NCBI RefSeq assembly: GCF_006345805.1
Contig: NW_021829616.1
Location: 1-32,035, forward strand
From: Octopus sinensis
Taxonomy: Eukaryota
Reading direction: 5' to 3'
Length of the DNA stretch: 32,035 nt
Notes under the pieces: model-generated
Told to the model about the DNA's origin: nothing
What the model saw: the letters and a program-made list of their open reading frames with translations, nothing else
Databases searched by the model: none
Shown here: positions 1-11,119 of the stretch, one piece after another
Layout: every line of letters starts with the position of its first letter
How positions within the stretch are numbered: position 1 is the first letter of the stretch
Position numbers and translations under genes: made by a program

Positions 1-911
1 GATAGATGTATCCAAAGGCACTCCTGGTAATTCCTCAGTAGGTATAGTCCTTGTAAAAGGTATACGTTAGCTGGTATTTTAGCGGGTAAACCGTAGTTTA
101 ATTTATATAGACTATAATAAAATGGAGGAAAAATAACAATAGAAAGTTTGTCTTTTGCGCAAGGAAGCTATTATTTAATTGGTTAAGAAAGGTGAGAGTG
201 AGAGTGAGTTTACGATCGTTTCTGTGCACCATGGTGAAGAAAATATAGATTTATATTTTTGCCTCGTTGCCATTGGTAGGCATCATCAGAAAGAAGAAGT
301 CAGAGGTAGAGAAGAGCGAAAAATAGAGGGATGCATCGGAAAAGAAAATGATCAAAGGTTCGAAAGTCTTACATTATAGTTAGGTTCACTGTTCGTTAAG
401 TCTGTTGTGAGATGGAAGAAGAATAGAAGTTAGTTGAATCTCTGGTCTCGTAGTTATTTATTTCCATGTGTCTGTAACTTCTGGGGTTTGACCGACGGTG
501 CAATGTAAGAGAGTTAACTCTAATTAGGGATAACCGGTGAGGTTATAAGGACCTATGTGTCAGTAAATTATAGGTTGTAGGCGGTTCGTATTTATAAAGG
601 AAGCCGTATATAAGTGTAAAGTATAAATCGAGCATCGGTCCGATCTAGCGTGTAGAAAGACTCATTGCCGTAATAATATTAAGTTATTAAGAGTGCAAAG
701 AGAAAGGGGGTTGGAAGGGGAAAATTTGCGCGTAAATAGCGTTGGTAGTTCTCAACTAAAAAGAATTATAGGAATAAATAGGCTAGCGTAGGATGTAGAA
801 TAGATATATAATTATTGGTTTGTAATGTGGGTTGGAGTAGTGTAGCGTAGAATATGGATTAGGAATATTGTTTATTTATTTATAATGTAGGACTGGATTG
901 GTGTAAGCTAG

Positions 912-1520
912 TTAGGTTAGCATTAGTTTAAGCGGAGGTAATGTGCTGATAAGTAGGTCTGCACGTAGGGTTAAGGTTAGGAGGGAGTGATGTGTACAGG
1001 ATTCAGCGGGTTGAACGAAACTTAGAAAAGATAAATTGCCTATATGTAGACAAAAATTATTAATTTCATATTTCCTATTGAGTAGAGGCAGTTTAGCCAT
1101 TAATATTTGGAGGAGTTCTGTTAAACAGAGATCACAACGATTATTGGTAGTGTTATAAGACGAGGTCTTTGCTAGGATACGTCATTCTAAACTATAATTG
1201 ACTTTTTTGTCCTTTAATTACCAGATGTAGCTACTAAGCCCTGTAGAGTTTGCTTTACTTCTATTTCTAAAACTAGATTGGTGTGAATTGTACCTAAGTA
1301 TCATTTGACTTTTCGTGGTTCCTATATACGATTTTGTATGAGTATTTGTGGGTACGTCGCATTGGTATACTACATTTTTTGTTTGGCACCTATTAGAGAA
1401 TTGACACTTATTTCTGTCTCTAAAGCAACATAAAATATTCAGTTTATCCGTGCTAGTGTTGTGTTTAGGGGGTACTATTGTTTCTCGGGTCGTTGTCCGT
1501 GTTGCTTGAAGGCGCGTCAT
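912..1520 (-). pseudogene. Penelope-type GIY-YIG endonuclease domain, pseudogenised
   Basis: Tracked ORFs 1218-1520 and 912-1100 are in the same frame. Read-through gives C..RDRNKCQFSNRCQTKNVVYQC..SYIGTTKSQMILRYNSHQSSF..TGLSSYIW*LKDKKVNYSLE*RILAKTSSYNTTNNRCDLCLTELLQIL..LLNRKYE..CLH, with in-frame stops at 1218-1220 (TAA) and 1182-1184 (TGA, probably from TGG). Confidence 0.9.
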
Positions 1521-1600
1521 TAGGGGATATATTTATTCTATTTACCAGTTGGCTATGTCTTAAGTTACTAGTTTTCCTAGTTTTGTAGAAGGTGTCTAGC

Positions 1601-1620
1601 TTATTATTATTATATTATTA

Positions 1621-1672
<52 letters not shown>

Positions 1673-1673
1673 T
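1601..1673. repeat. (TTA)n/(AAT)n microsatellite inside the Penelope ORF
   Basis: Direct reading; it continues the Asn codons of ...ASINN on the minus strand. Confidence 0.95.
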
Positions 1674-1870
1674 ATCGAGGCTATGGTGGTAGTTAAGTTA
1701 CTAGGCAGGCTATGGCCTACTCTAATTTTATTCTTAAATATTGCTGCATATTTACTATTTAAGTTAAAGTACTTATCTGAGTCTCATTTTGGAGTGAACT
1801 ATGTTAGATTTGAGCTGCATAGCGAAAGGGATAATTAGCCAGATCTTATCACTATTTCGCTTATTATTAA

Positions 1871-2250
1871 CTAGCAGTATCGCCCGGCGTTGCTCAGGTT
1901 GTAAGGGAAATAACTAAAGCATTTTTAGAGAGTTATATAGCCAAAAAATAGCAAAATGGAAAAAATGATGGTAAATTTTTTTTTGAGATTTAAAAAGGTG
2001 GAGTTGCGTCCCCTAGACAGTTTGTGGTTTTGTGTTTCTCATTGTCGACCCCATGTCGAATTTATCGATTTTTTTTTCAGAACTGGGGGAACTTTTCAAA
2101 ATTTTCGCTGCGTTAGTTTGAATTATGACATTGTGGGCTATGTGTGTGTCAAGTTTCATCAGAATCGTTGAAAGCCGTGGTCGGGTGAGGTACAAGCAAA
2201 CAGACACACAGAAACACTCACAGACAATGCCGTTTATATATAGAGAGAGA
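1871..2250 (-). mobile_element. Non-autonomous Helitron (~380 bp)
   Basis: On the minus strand it starts A|TC at 2250 and ends CTAG|T at 1871. A GC hairpin (CCTGAGCAACGCCGGG) sits about 7 nt before CTAG, and there is no TSD. Excising it restores the Penelope reading frame. Confidence 0.85.
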
Positions 2251-2589
2251 TATTGTTATTTTTGGTATAGAAGCTGCCCTCAGTATTCTTATAGCGGGTA
2301 AAGTTGTAGTTATGGTTGTTGTATTTATTTCTATAGTTGTGTTTATTGTTATTATTGCTAACCTAACAAGCTTACACCAGTCCAACCCTATATTTCTCTC
2401 TCTCCCCCCTCTCTCTCTAGACGAATATTTTACTCCCTCTCTTCTTCCTCCTCTGTCGCTGGATTTTTTCTTTCTCACTGTGTGAAGCTAAATTTGTGCA
2501 GTCATCTGGCACCTGCTACGTTAACTCTGTGTGTTTTACTGTTAGTCTCACTCTGCTCTTCTTATCGAAAATTCGAACAGCATACATTC

Positions 2590-2753
2590 GGCTACTGTTC
2601 ATGCACAGCCACACACGTGCACACACGCACACATACAGACACACACTCACATACACATATGTATGCATCTGTGTATGTATGTATGTATATACATATATAT
2701 ATACTTATATATATATATATATATATACATATATATATACATATATGTGTGTG

Positions 2754-2799
<46 letters not shown>

Positions 2800-2845
2800 A
2801 TATATAATATATATATATATATCATATATATATATATATAATATA
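2590..2845. repeat. Compound (CA)n/(TA)n/(TG)n microsatellite block
   Basis: Direct reading. Confidence 0.95.
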
Positions 2846-2854
2846 TCCTTTCGT

Positions 2855-3116
2855 TCTTTTATTTTTTCTTCTTTCAGTCATTTGACTGCGGCCATGTTGG
2901 AGCACCGCTCTAAAGGGTTTTGTTAGTCGAAGAAATCGCACCCAGGACTGATTCTTTGGAAGCCTAGTACTTATTCCATCGGTCTCTTTTGCTGAATCGT
3001 TAAGTTACGGAGTTACGGGGACGTAACACACTAACGTTGGTCGTCGAGCGATGATGGCTGGACACAGACACCAGGACATATATATATATATAATATATAT
3101 AATATATATAATATAT

Positions 3117-3160
<44 letters not shown>

Positions 3161-3203
3161 TAGGCTTCTTTCAGTTTCCCTCAACCGAATCCCTCACAAG
3201 ACT
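2855..3203 (-). mobile_element. tRNA-derived SINE family B (CORE-like family), 3' portion with internal (TA)n
   Basis: Reverse complement matches the fuller copies at 18460-18731 and 26825-27228 (GGAAACTGAAAGAAGCC...GATAGAATAAGTACTAGGC...CATGGCCGCAGTCAAATGACTGAAA). Confidence 0.85.
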
Positions 3204-3209
3204 ATATCA

Positions 3210-3527
3210 TTTTATCTTTACTTCTTTCTTGTTGCAGTCATTAGACTGCAGCCATGCTGGGGCTCTGGCTTGAATTTTTAGTCGGATGAATCTACCCTAG
3301 TACTCCATTTTAAGCCTTGGTCTAGAATAGTCGGGCTCTTTTGCTGAACCACCAAGATACGGGGATGAAAAAGCAACAACACCTGTTGTAAAGTAGCGGG
3401 GAGACAAACGCAGACAGAAAGAAACACACACATAAATATGCATACATATATATATGCATATATATACATAAATATATATACGACGTGATTCTTTCAGCTT
3501 CCGTGTACCAAATTCACTCACAAGGCT
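3210..3527 (-). mobile_element. SINE family B, second degenerate 3' portion
   Basis: Same blocks as the preceding copy: AGCCTTGTGAGTGAATTTGGTACACGGAAGCTGAAAGA and a CATGGCTGCAGTCTAATGACTG tail. Confidence 0.75.
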
Positions 3528-3626
3528 GGCTCTATCAATATATAAATGTGTGTGTGCGTGTGTGTGTTTGTAAATATATATATATATGTAAATATTATAT
3601 ACATACATATATATATATACACACAC

Positions 3627-3670
<44 letters not shown>

Positions 3671-3703
3671 ATATATATTATATATATATATATGTATGTA
3701 TAT

Positions 3704-4516
3704 ATGCATATATGGGTACAGGATGTCACCAACGGTAAAGAACATGAACGAAATCAAATGAGTTCAATACGGAAATAACGAAGTAAACAAATGGAAAAAA
3801 AGAACAGGTAACACAAAGAACATATATAAATAAATGGAGTTAAAAGCAGGTCTTATTCAAATTGTCAGAAGTAAAAGTATTTGAATAACACCAGCGTTTA
3901 ACTCATTTTATTTATTTATTATACAAAATATTTCACGTAAACCCGAAGTTTCTACCTTTAAAAACAAGGGGTTACAACCTTTTTGTGTGAATTTTGCAAC
4001 CCTGGTAACTATTTATATATTTTTTCCGTGTTAATTGCTAACAAGGGAAAAAATACACACATTTATATATATATTATATATATATATATATATATGTATG
4101 GCTACAGGACTCACCAACAATAAATACCATGTTGTTTTCGTATTTCATGCGATTTACTGTTGGTGACGTCCTGTACCCATATATGCATATATATATATAA
4201 AACTTACTTGGAAAAGGATGCGTGGGGTTCGATCATATAATAATATAAATAATATACAAATATATGCATATATACATACATATATGTACTACCTACATAT
4301 ATATGTATATATATATATGTATATATATATATGCATATATGAGTACAGGATTCCCCAAAAAAGTGTTGAACACAATGAGAAGCGAAAACATAAAAACAAA
4401 AACATAGAAACGAACTTTTTTCAAACAACGAAACGAGACATACATCATAAAGAATATTCCCCATCTTCAGTTGTCCCTGTTTCATCTACTCTGCGTCTCG
4501 AAGGTAAGGACAATAC
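3704..4516. repeat. Cluster of four related short elements starting ATG(G/A)GTACAGGA..CACCAAC, each abutting TA-rich microsatellite, including an inverted pair
   Basis: Copies at 3711(+), 4098(+), 4150-4185(-) and 4339(+). The 4097-4181 segment forms an imperfect hairpin. The family is unclassified. Confidence 0.7.
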
Positions 4517-4589
4517 ACACATATATATATATATACATATATATAATATATATATATTATATATATTGTATGTAATGTATATATATATA

Positions 4590-4657
<68 letters not shown>

Positions 4658-5489
4658 TTACCGGTTTGTTCCCAGTTACGTATTCAAAATAGGCTATTCA
4701 GCGGTTAGTATATAAATCCAGTAATAATTCACATAAGGTAAGAATTTAAAGATATACTCTGTTGGATTATTCTAAAGATATTACCTTTTTCTAGACTATT
4801 TAATATCAATAATAATAATAAGCATCACCTTTAATTCTTTTGTATATATATAATATTACTATTCATAAATGCCACACGCTAGGGGGGACTCTTAAAATCA
4901 AAACTACCAAAATAAATAAACACATCGTATCGAATGCGAGGAATGCAACTCTCGAAGCGAGCCCTTTAAAAACAGAATTCAGCTGCAAATCACATGATTT
5001 CATAATTAGTTCAGAAATGTACTTTTTAATCTTCAGTGCAAGCATAATTCAAGATTTATAACGAATGAACAAAAATCAACATACCAGACGAACAACCAAT
5101 GTATCCAGCGTAGCATATAGAAATGATCATCCTTTAGACATACACATGTTTCTACTGCATCGATTGGTAACCACTGCTGTTGACCACTGCAGTTGCAACC
5201 TTACTATAATACTAGCGCTATACTTATTTGATATTAAATCTCAATATGCATGTATTTCAGACCGAAGCGTCAGTCGAGTATAGAGTGGGAGTAAGACGCG
5301 GCAATGACAGAGGAATAAGCAGTTATGCTATGTACTTCATTAGCACAGGCCCACGTGGTTCAAGCTCCGATGATGTTAAAGGGCGATGCTCAAGCACACA
5401 GTTATGAGTGCATTGCATTTTATAGCAGAAACAGGTGTAAGATAATGAAGTGCATAACATAATTGTTTACACCTTTGCCATCCCAGTTT

Positions 5490-5527
5490 CTTAGAAATAT
5501 ACATACAGATATACATATGCATGTATG

Positions 5528-5572
<45 letters not shown>

Positions 5573-5830
5573 ACACACACATATACACAGTTACATATAT
5601 ACATAGAGATATACATATACATGTATGTATGTATATATATACACGCGCACACACACATATATATATACACAGTTACATATATACATATACATATATATAT
5701 ATATACACGCATACATATGTACACACACACATATATGTATATATGAGTATATGTGTGCTTATATGTGTGTGTATGTACATATGTATTCAAGTAAAACATA
5801 CATGCATGCGTGTTTGTATATGAGTGTACT
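5490..5830. repeat. (TA)n/(CA)n block with an internal ~35-bp duplicated unit (ACACACATATATACACAGTTACATATATACAT)
   Basis: Direct reading; copies near 5575 and 5655. Confidence 0.85.
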
Positions 5831-5914
5831 TATGTCTACATAAGAAATCATGCATATATATATAGTAACAAAAAGGGAGGAATTTCGATTATCCCCACAT
5901 GGTGAGTTGTAAAA

Positions 5915-6288
5915 TATATAAGAAATTAAAGAAGGAAAATGCACACACTTTACATAGTTTTAATATAATTTTTAATATATCTTGTACTGTGTTTGCTGAC
6001 CAGTTTCGCTTTCGCTATTCATAACATTAATATTTATTTAAATATGTATTTTCTTAAGAAAATAAATTTTTTCCATGTTGTGTGTAGAGTTTATTAATGA
6101 CAATTTAAAAAGTAGAAAAATTTAAGAACAAAAAAATTTTGTCTTGAGAAAATACATGTTTAAATAAATTTTAAAGTCATGAATAGCGAAAGCGAAACCA
6201 GTTGACAAAGACAATATAAGATATATCAAAAATTATATTACAACTATGTAAAGTGTGTGTGCATTTTCTTTCTTTAATTTCTTATATA
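5915..6288. mobile_element. AT-rich foldback/MITE-like element, ~155-bp inverted arms with ~60-bp spacer
   Basis: TATATAAGAAATTAAAGAAGGAAAATGCACACACTTTACATAG...TTTCGCTTTCGCTATTCAT is mirrored by ATGAATAGCGAAAGCGAAA...CTATGTAAAGTGTGTGTGCATTTTCTTTCTTTAATTTCTTATATA. Confidence 0.8.
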
Positions 6289-6565
6289 ACAACTGTATAA
6301 AAAGTATGCGACATTCAAAAGTCTATATCAAAACGCTATTGTGTAATAACAATATGTACGCATATATGCGTTTTATACCGCTTTTAGTATCCAGTTATAT
6401 ATGCTACATTATTTGCAAGCAACTTAGAAAACACATAAAAATGTACATAATGAAATTAACAATGATGCTACTACTACGTCTCCTATAATTACTAATACTA
6501 ATATAAATAACAGTATGAAGAAGAAAGAGGAAGAGAAGGAGTATTTGTATGATGACGATAATAAG

Positions 6566-6783
6566 ATTATTTCTACTCTAGGCACAAGGCCTTGGAAATT
6601 TTGAGGTAAGGGGGCTGGTCGATTATATCGATCCCAGTGCGTAACTGGTACTTATTCCATCGATCCCGAAAGGACGAAAGGATAAGTCAACCTCGGCGGA
6701 ATTTGAATTCAGAACGTAGCGGCAGACGAAATACCGCTAAGAATTACGCCCGGCGTACTAACCATTCTGCCAGTTCACCGCCT
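6566..6783 (-). mobile_element. tRNA-derived SINE family A, full length
   Basis: Reverse complement GGCGGTGAACTGGCAGAATGGTTAG..GAATTCAAATTCCGCCGAGGTTGACTTATCCTTTCGTCCTTTCGGGATCGAT..GGCCTTGTGCCTAGAGTAGAAA matches the copy at 24978-25190. Confidence 0.9.
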
Positions 6784-6784
<1 letters not shown>

Positions 6785-6836
<52 letters not shown>

Positions 6837-6875
6837 CAATAATAATAATAGTAATACCAACAACAACAACAACTA
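6785..6875. repeat. (AAT)n/(AAC)n microsatellite
   Basis: Direct reading. Confidence 0.95.
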
Positions 6876-7863
6876 GAACAACAATAAGCCTGAAATGATC
6901 TATAACTCTGTGATCCTTATATCTTACCCACTTAAAATGTTGAAGAATGAAGGGAAATATCCCTGTCACATTCATTTATAAGTGATGAGGGACTCTGGTA
7001 TACTTGTCGAATATGTCATTTTGGTGGCCGGAAGCAATGTTAGTCCTGCCGAAATATATTTACCCCAAATACCTGACGTCTGGTCTACACCCCGCTAAGT
7101 AGCATGTCAAAACTGTGTTTATTCGCCGCTATTTGCAAACGTAGAAAAAGAAATAACATCCTTTATGGGAGCAACCACTAATCATTCACTCAGCTCCAGA
7201 TATCTCCTTGACTTAAAACACACAGCTTTAAGACGACCATGATAAATGGACTTCCGGTTCGCTGTAATGACAAACGTAACAAGAGGTCTAAGAGCTACCC
7301 ACAGAGAGAATTACAGTCTTTCTCTCACAATCACTCTTTCTCGCTCATTTTCTCTCACCCTCCCTTGCTCGTTCTCTTTCACTCTCTCTCATACTTTTTT
7401 CTCTTTCTTTTTCTCTACTAAATTCTTCCCCTTTCAACCTTTTATCTCTCGTCAATGAGAAACATTATTTCTATCCAAACCTTTTCGTTAATATTTCATT
7501 ATGACTGGTCAATGTTTTTAATATCATAATGTGGGATTTTGTGTTTGATTCTTTGTTGGTTTTGGTATTATTTCATCCTGAAATATTCAGAGAAGTTGGC
7601 ATCTGCATGTTGTGAGGGCAAATATTTTCATTTACTTCCAATTTGCCGATTTATAACTCGAAAGACAATTGTATTTACACTAAATAATGGTGCGTTGTAA
7701 TGCATGAAATATGGTGTCAAAAGAAGACGTTTGTATTAGAGACTAAATATGGCGGCATTAATGCCAGCGTCCATATTGTTTGCTACGAAGAGCAAGCAGG
7801 GAACAATAAAGGGAGATAGAAAAACAGGAATAAACACATAAACGGACAGACAGATAGACAGAA

Positions 7864-7896
<33 letters not shown>

Positions 7897-8003
7897 AAAA
7901 AGTGTAAAACAGGTGTACTCATACCTTCAGGCACTACACATACATATATATTATACATATTAATAAGATAAACAATAACCGTTAATATATACATATATAT
8001 AAG

Positions 8004-8034
<31 letters not shown>

Positions 8035-8069
8035 ATGTATCTTATATATGCATATATATATGAATGAAT

Positions 8070-8129
<60 letters not shown>

Positions 8130-8155
8130 ATGAATGTGTGTGTGCGTGTGTGTGC

Positions 8156-8190
<35 letters not shown>

Positions 8191-8708
8191 GGAGAGAATG
8201 AGAGTCTTAAGTTATTTTCAGGTGCTACTTCATGTTATCACCAACCTGTATGAAAACAGCAAAAATTTATTTCTGCTTCCCCCCTCTTTCTCTCTCTCTA
8301 TCTATCTATCTTTCCCTCTTTCTCTCTTGTATCCCTACCATTGGTGACAGCTTGATGCGTGTTGTTTAAAATGTATACATATACCAGAAGCATAAATTCT
8401 CCATAAATTATACAGCTGGAAAATGTTTCTGTATACTTTAATACACACACACACGCACACACATATATATGCGTGTGTATGTATGTATGTATGTATATCA
8501 CCTGCGTTTTTTTTTTCCATGTTTCATCTTTGTTGATCTTTTTCCAAAACGCTTTCTAAGCCGCACAGAAGAAAAGCTTAAACATGATAATCAATTTATA
8601 GATATACATTATAAATTGATTCTATTCCAAAAGAGAGTAAAGAACAATATTTAACGATGCAATTTTTGTCAAATTACCGAAAAAAAAATTAACTTAATAT
8701 AACAATAC

Positions 8709-8875
8709 GTAGGCGTGGCTGTATGGTAAGAACTTTGCTTCTTGACCATGTTGTTTCGTATTCAATTCTATCGAGTGGCACCTTGGGCAAGTGTTTTCTA
8801 TTATAGTTTTGGGTCAACTAAATCCTTGTAAATGGATATGGTAGACGGAAACTCAAAGAAGACCAGCATATATAT
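8709..8875 (+). mobile_element. SINE family B, 5' half (tRNA-like head plus CORE-like block)
   Basis: GGCGTGGCTGTATGGTAAG head, GTGGCACCTTGGGCAAGTGT block, GGTAGACGGAAACTCAAAGAAG. Confidence 0.85.
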
Positions 8876-9024
8876 GTGCGCGTGTGCGTGCGTGTGTGTA
8901 TGTTTTATTCTTAAGCAAAATATTATTGACTGCGACTTCGAAGGTTCTGCCAGTTAAGCCATCATCGGCAAAAATAACACATCAGATTAATATAAAATTT
9001 TTATAACTGAACATAAAAACAAAC

Positions 9025-9345
<321 letters not shown>

Positions 9346-9444
9346 TATATATGTCATCTCCACCTCATCAAGTCGCAGCCGACCAGCAAACAAAGGCCTT
9401 ATATTGTGTATGTGTTCGACTATATACATATATACGCGCGTGAA

Positions 9445-9636
9445 TGTGTGTGTGTGTGTGTTTGTGTTGGTCCCCCACCACCGCTTGACAATCAGAATTG
9501 TTTTGTTACCTGTAACTGCTACCTGTAACCAGAAAGGAAAAAACAGTACTGATATTGATTTGTAGGACTAAAATCTTCAAGATCGTGCACCTTCATGGCT
9601 GCAATCCAATGACTGAAACAAGAAAAAGATAAAAGG
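9445..9636 (+). mobile_element. SINE family B, degenerate 3' half
   Basis: GTCCCCCACCACCGCTTGACAA...CATGGCTGCAATCCAATGACTGAAACAAG tail. Confidence 0.7.
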
Positions 9637-9867
9637 TAGATACTTAAGAGCAAATTTTATCAGGAGCCACACGTTATTTTATTGACTGTTGTAATTGTTG
9701 TCGTCTCGTCCAGGTGCCGCTCTATTTGTTTTTTATAATTTATCTTTTACAAGGTCATTATCCGTCGCCAACTTCTTTTAATATTAGATCGTTATATAGT
9801 GAAAATATTGTTAGTTACTATGGTGACAACAATATACCTATCTATCTATCTTTCACACACACACGCC

Positions 9868-9913
<46 letters not shown>

Positions 9914-10194
9914 TACACACACACACACTCACACACATACACTTTACGAATTTATTTTTCAACAGCAACAACAACTTGTTTTTCTCGCAAAAAACTGGTC
10001 CATCCGACCGCTCACCCCTACCCTACAATGTCATTCTAAAAATAAACAACCACACCAACAAACTCTTGATGCTGCGAGATAATGCATGGTATATTTAGAA
10101 CAAGGTGAACAAACAAGCATTACATTTGACAGAGTAATATATAAATGCAAAAATGTTAATGCAATCCTCATACAGGATGATTCTGGGGCGCTGT

Positions 10195-10325
10195 ATATGA
10201 CAGGTTTCCACACAGTTTCCGTCTATACAGCTTCCCTCATACGGTTTGGAGTCATCCGAGGCTATGGCAAAAGATAAAAGATACTTGCCTAAGATGTCAC
10301 CTAGATCCCTGTGATTCGAAAGCAA
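10195..10325 (-). mobile_element. Degenerate SINE family B fragment
   Basis: Reverse complement AGGCAAGTATCTTT..CATAGCCTCGG..TAGACGGAAACTGTGTGGAAACCTGTC resembles GGGCAAGTGTCTTCTACTATAGCCTCGG..TAGACGGAAACTGAAAGAAGCCCGTC. Confidence 0.65.
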
Positions 10326-10437
10326 GGCTGTTAAATTATTGGTTTATGCTAAATCCACATCTGTATGTGTACACAGTAAGGGAATGAATTCAATTCGCAG
10401 TGTAATAACATTCTAATAAACTTAATTATCGAGGCCA

Positions 10438-10640
10438 CTGGCAAGCTGGCAGAATCGTTGGCATTATTTGGGACTCTTTCACTGTGTTCATATCCCAACG
10501 CAATCAACTTTGCCTTTATCATTTCAGGGTCGATATATCAAAGCAAAAAACTGGAGTTGATTTGTCCGACAAAACCCTTCAAGGCCATACACCTGCATGG
10601 CTGCAATCCAATGATTGAAACAAGTAAAAGATAAAAGATA
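10438..10640 (+). mobile_element. Degenerate SINE family A carrying the family-B-type tail
   Basis: AGCTGGCAGAATCGTT head, AACTTTGCCTTT..GGGTCGATA core, CATGGCTGCAATCCAATGATTGAAACAAGTAAAAGA tail. Confidence 0.7.
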
Positions 10641-10868
10641 TATAGTTAAGAACAACAAATTTTATCAGGAGCCACACGTTAGTTTATTGCCCCCTCCTCT
10701 CAATATTGCTGGCCTCCTGACAAAATTAGAAAGAAGTAACTATATCGCGGAAATAGTGACATGAATATATATGAACGTATTAGTAATCTTGAGAATTAAA
10801 ACATTGTTACTTTTAATTTGGAAGTAAAGCTTTCTAGTTCGAGTCAAGTGTGGTAATACGAGTATACT

Positions 10869-11039
10869 ATCTTCTACTCTAGTCACAAGGCCCGAAATTT
10901 TGGGGGAGGAGCCCAGTTGATAAGATTCGCCCCAGTACGCAACTGCTACTTAATTTATCAACCCCCGAAAGGATGAACGACAAAGTCGACCTCGGTAGAA
11001 TTTGAACTCAGAACGTATAGATAAGCAAAATACCGCTAA
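10869..11039 (-). mobile_element. 5'-truncated SINE family A with 17-bp target-site duplication
   Basis: GGTAATACGAGTATACT at 10852-10868 and 11040-11056 flanks the SINE body. Confidence 0.92.
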
Positions 11040-11119
11040 GGTAATACGAGTATACTGACAAAGCACCGAAGACGATCAAACCAATCAAAGTGCAGTATAG
11101 AAATAAATATTTGTTTCAA

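Larger units (their letters stand above)
1..2388 (-). mobile_element. Penelope-like retroelement relic: 5'-truncated ORF end plus 3' region, interrupted by a Helitron and an (AAT)n expansion
   Basis: Minus-strand translation gives KRNSDKIWLIIPFAMQLKSNI (~1860-1800), then after a frameshift DKYFNLNSKYAAIFKNKIRVGHSLPSNLTTTIASINN (~1778-1672), then a GIY-YIG domain (1520-1040). These match the PLE RT-to-endonuclease linker pattern IIWFNPP..TNI..DKHF..IFN..SYS. An inverted copy of the ORF 3' end lies at 2356-2383. The extent over 1-900 is inferred from continuity. Confidence 0.8.

Noticed and set aside
205-300. Minus-strand CTGATGA with a TGCCT/AGGCA stem, and nearby GAAACGATCGTA, as a hammerhead
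   Set aside because: G12 is missing after the stem, and neither arrangement gives stem I pairing. These are isolated half-motifs only.
4450-4516. Minus-strand GAAAC...CTGAAGA as a permuted (type II) hammerhead
   Set aside because: No consistent stems I, II and III could be formed.
2482-5843. Many 70-165 aa ORFs rich in YI/CV/HT repeats (also at 7758-9528, 20579-21223, 26395-27449, 31409-31855)
   Set aside because: They are translations of (TA)n, (CA)n and (GA)n microsatellites that lack stops, with no protein-like content.
8222-8247. 26-nt AG...GT-bounded micro-exon candidate
   Set aside because: Such short AG/GT-bounded segments arise often by chance, and there is no peptide support.
10095-10325. 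76-aa minus-strand ORF that looks protein-like (DSKPYEGSCIDGNCVETC)
   Set aside because: The underlying DNA is a degenerate SINE family B copy.
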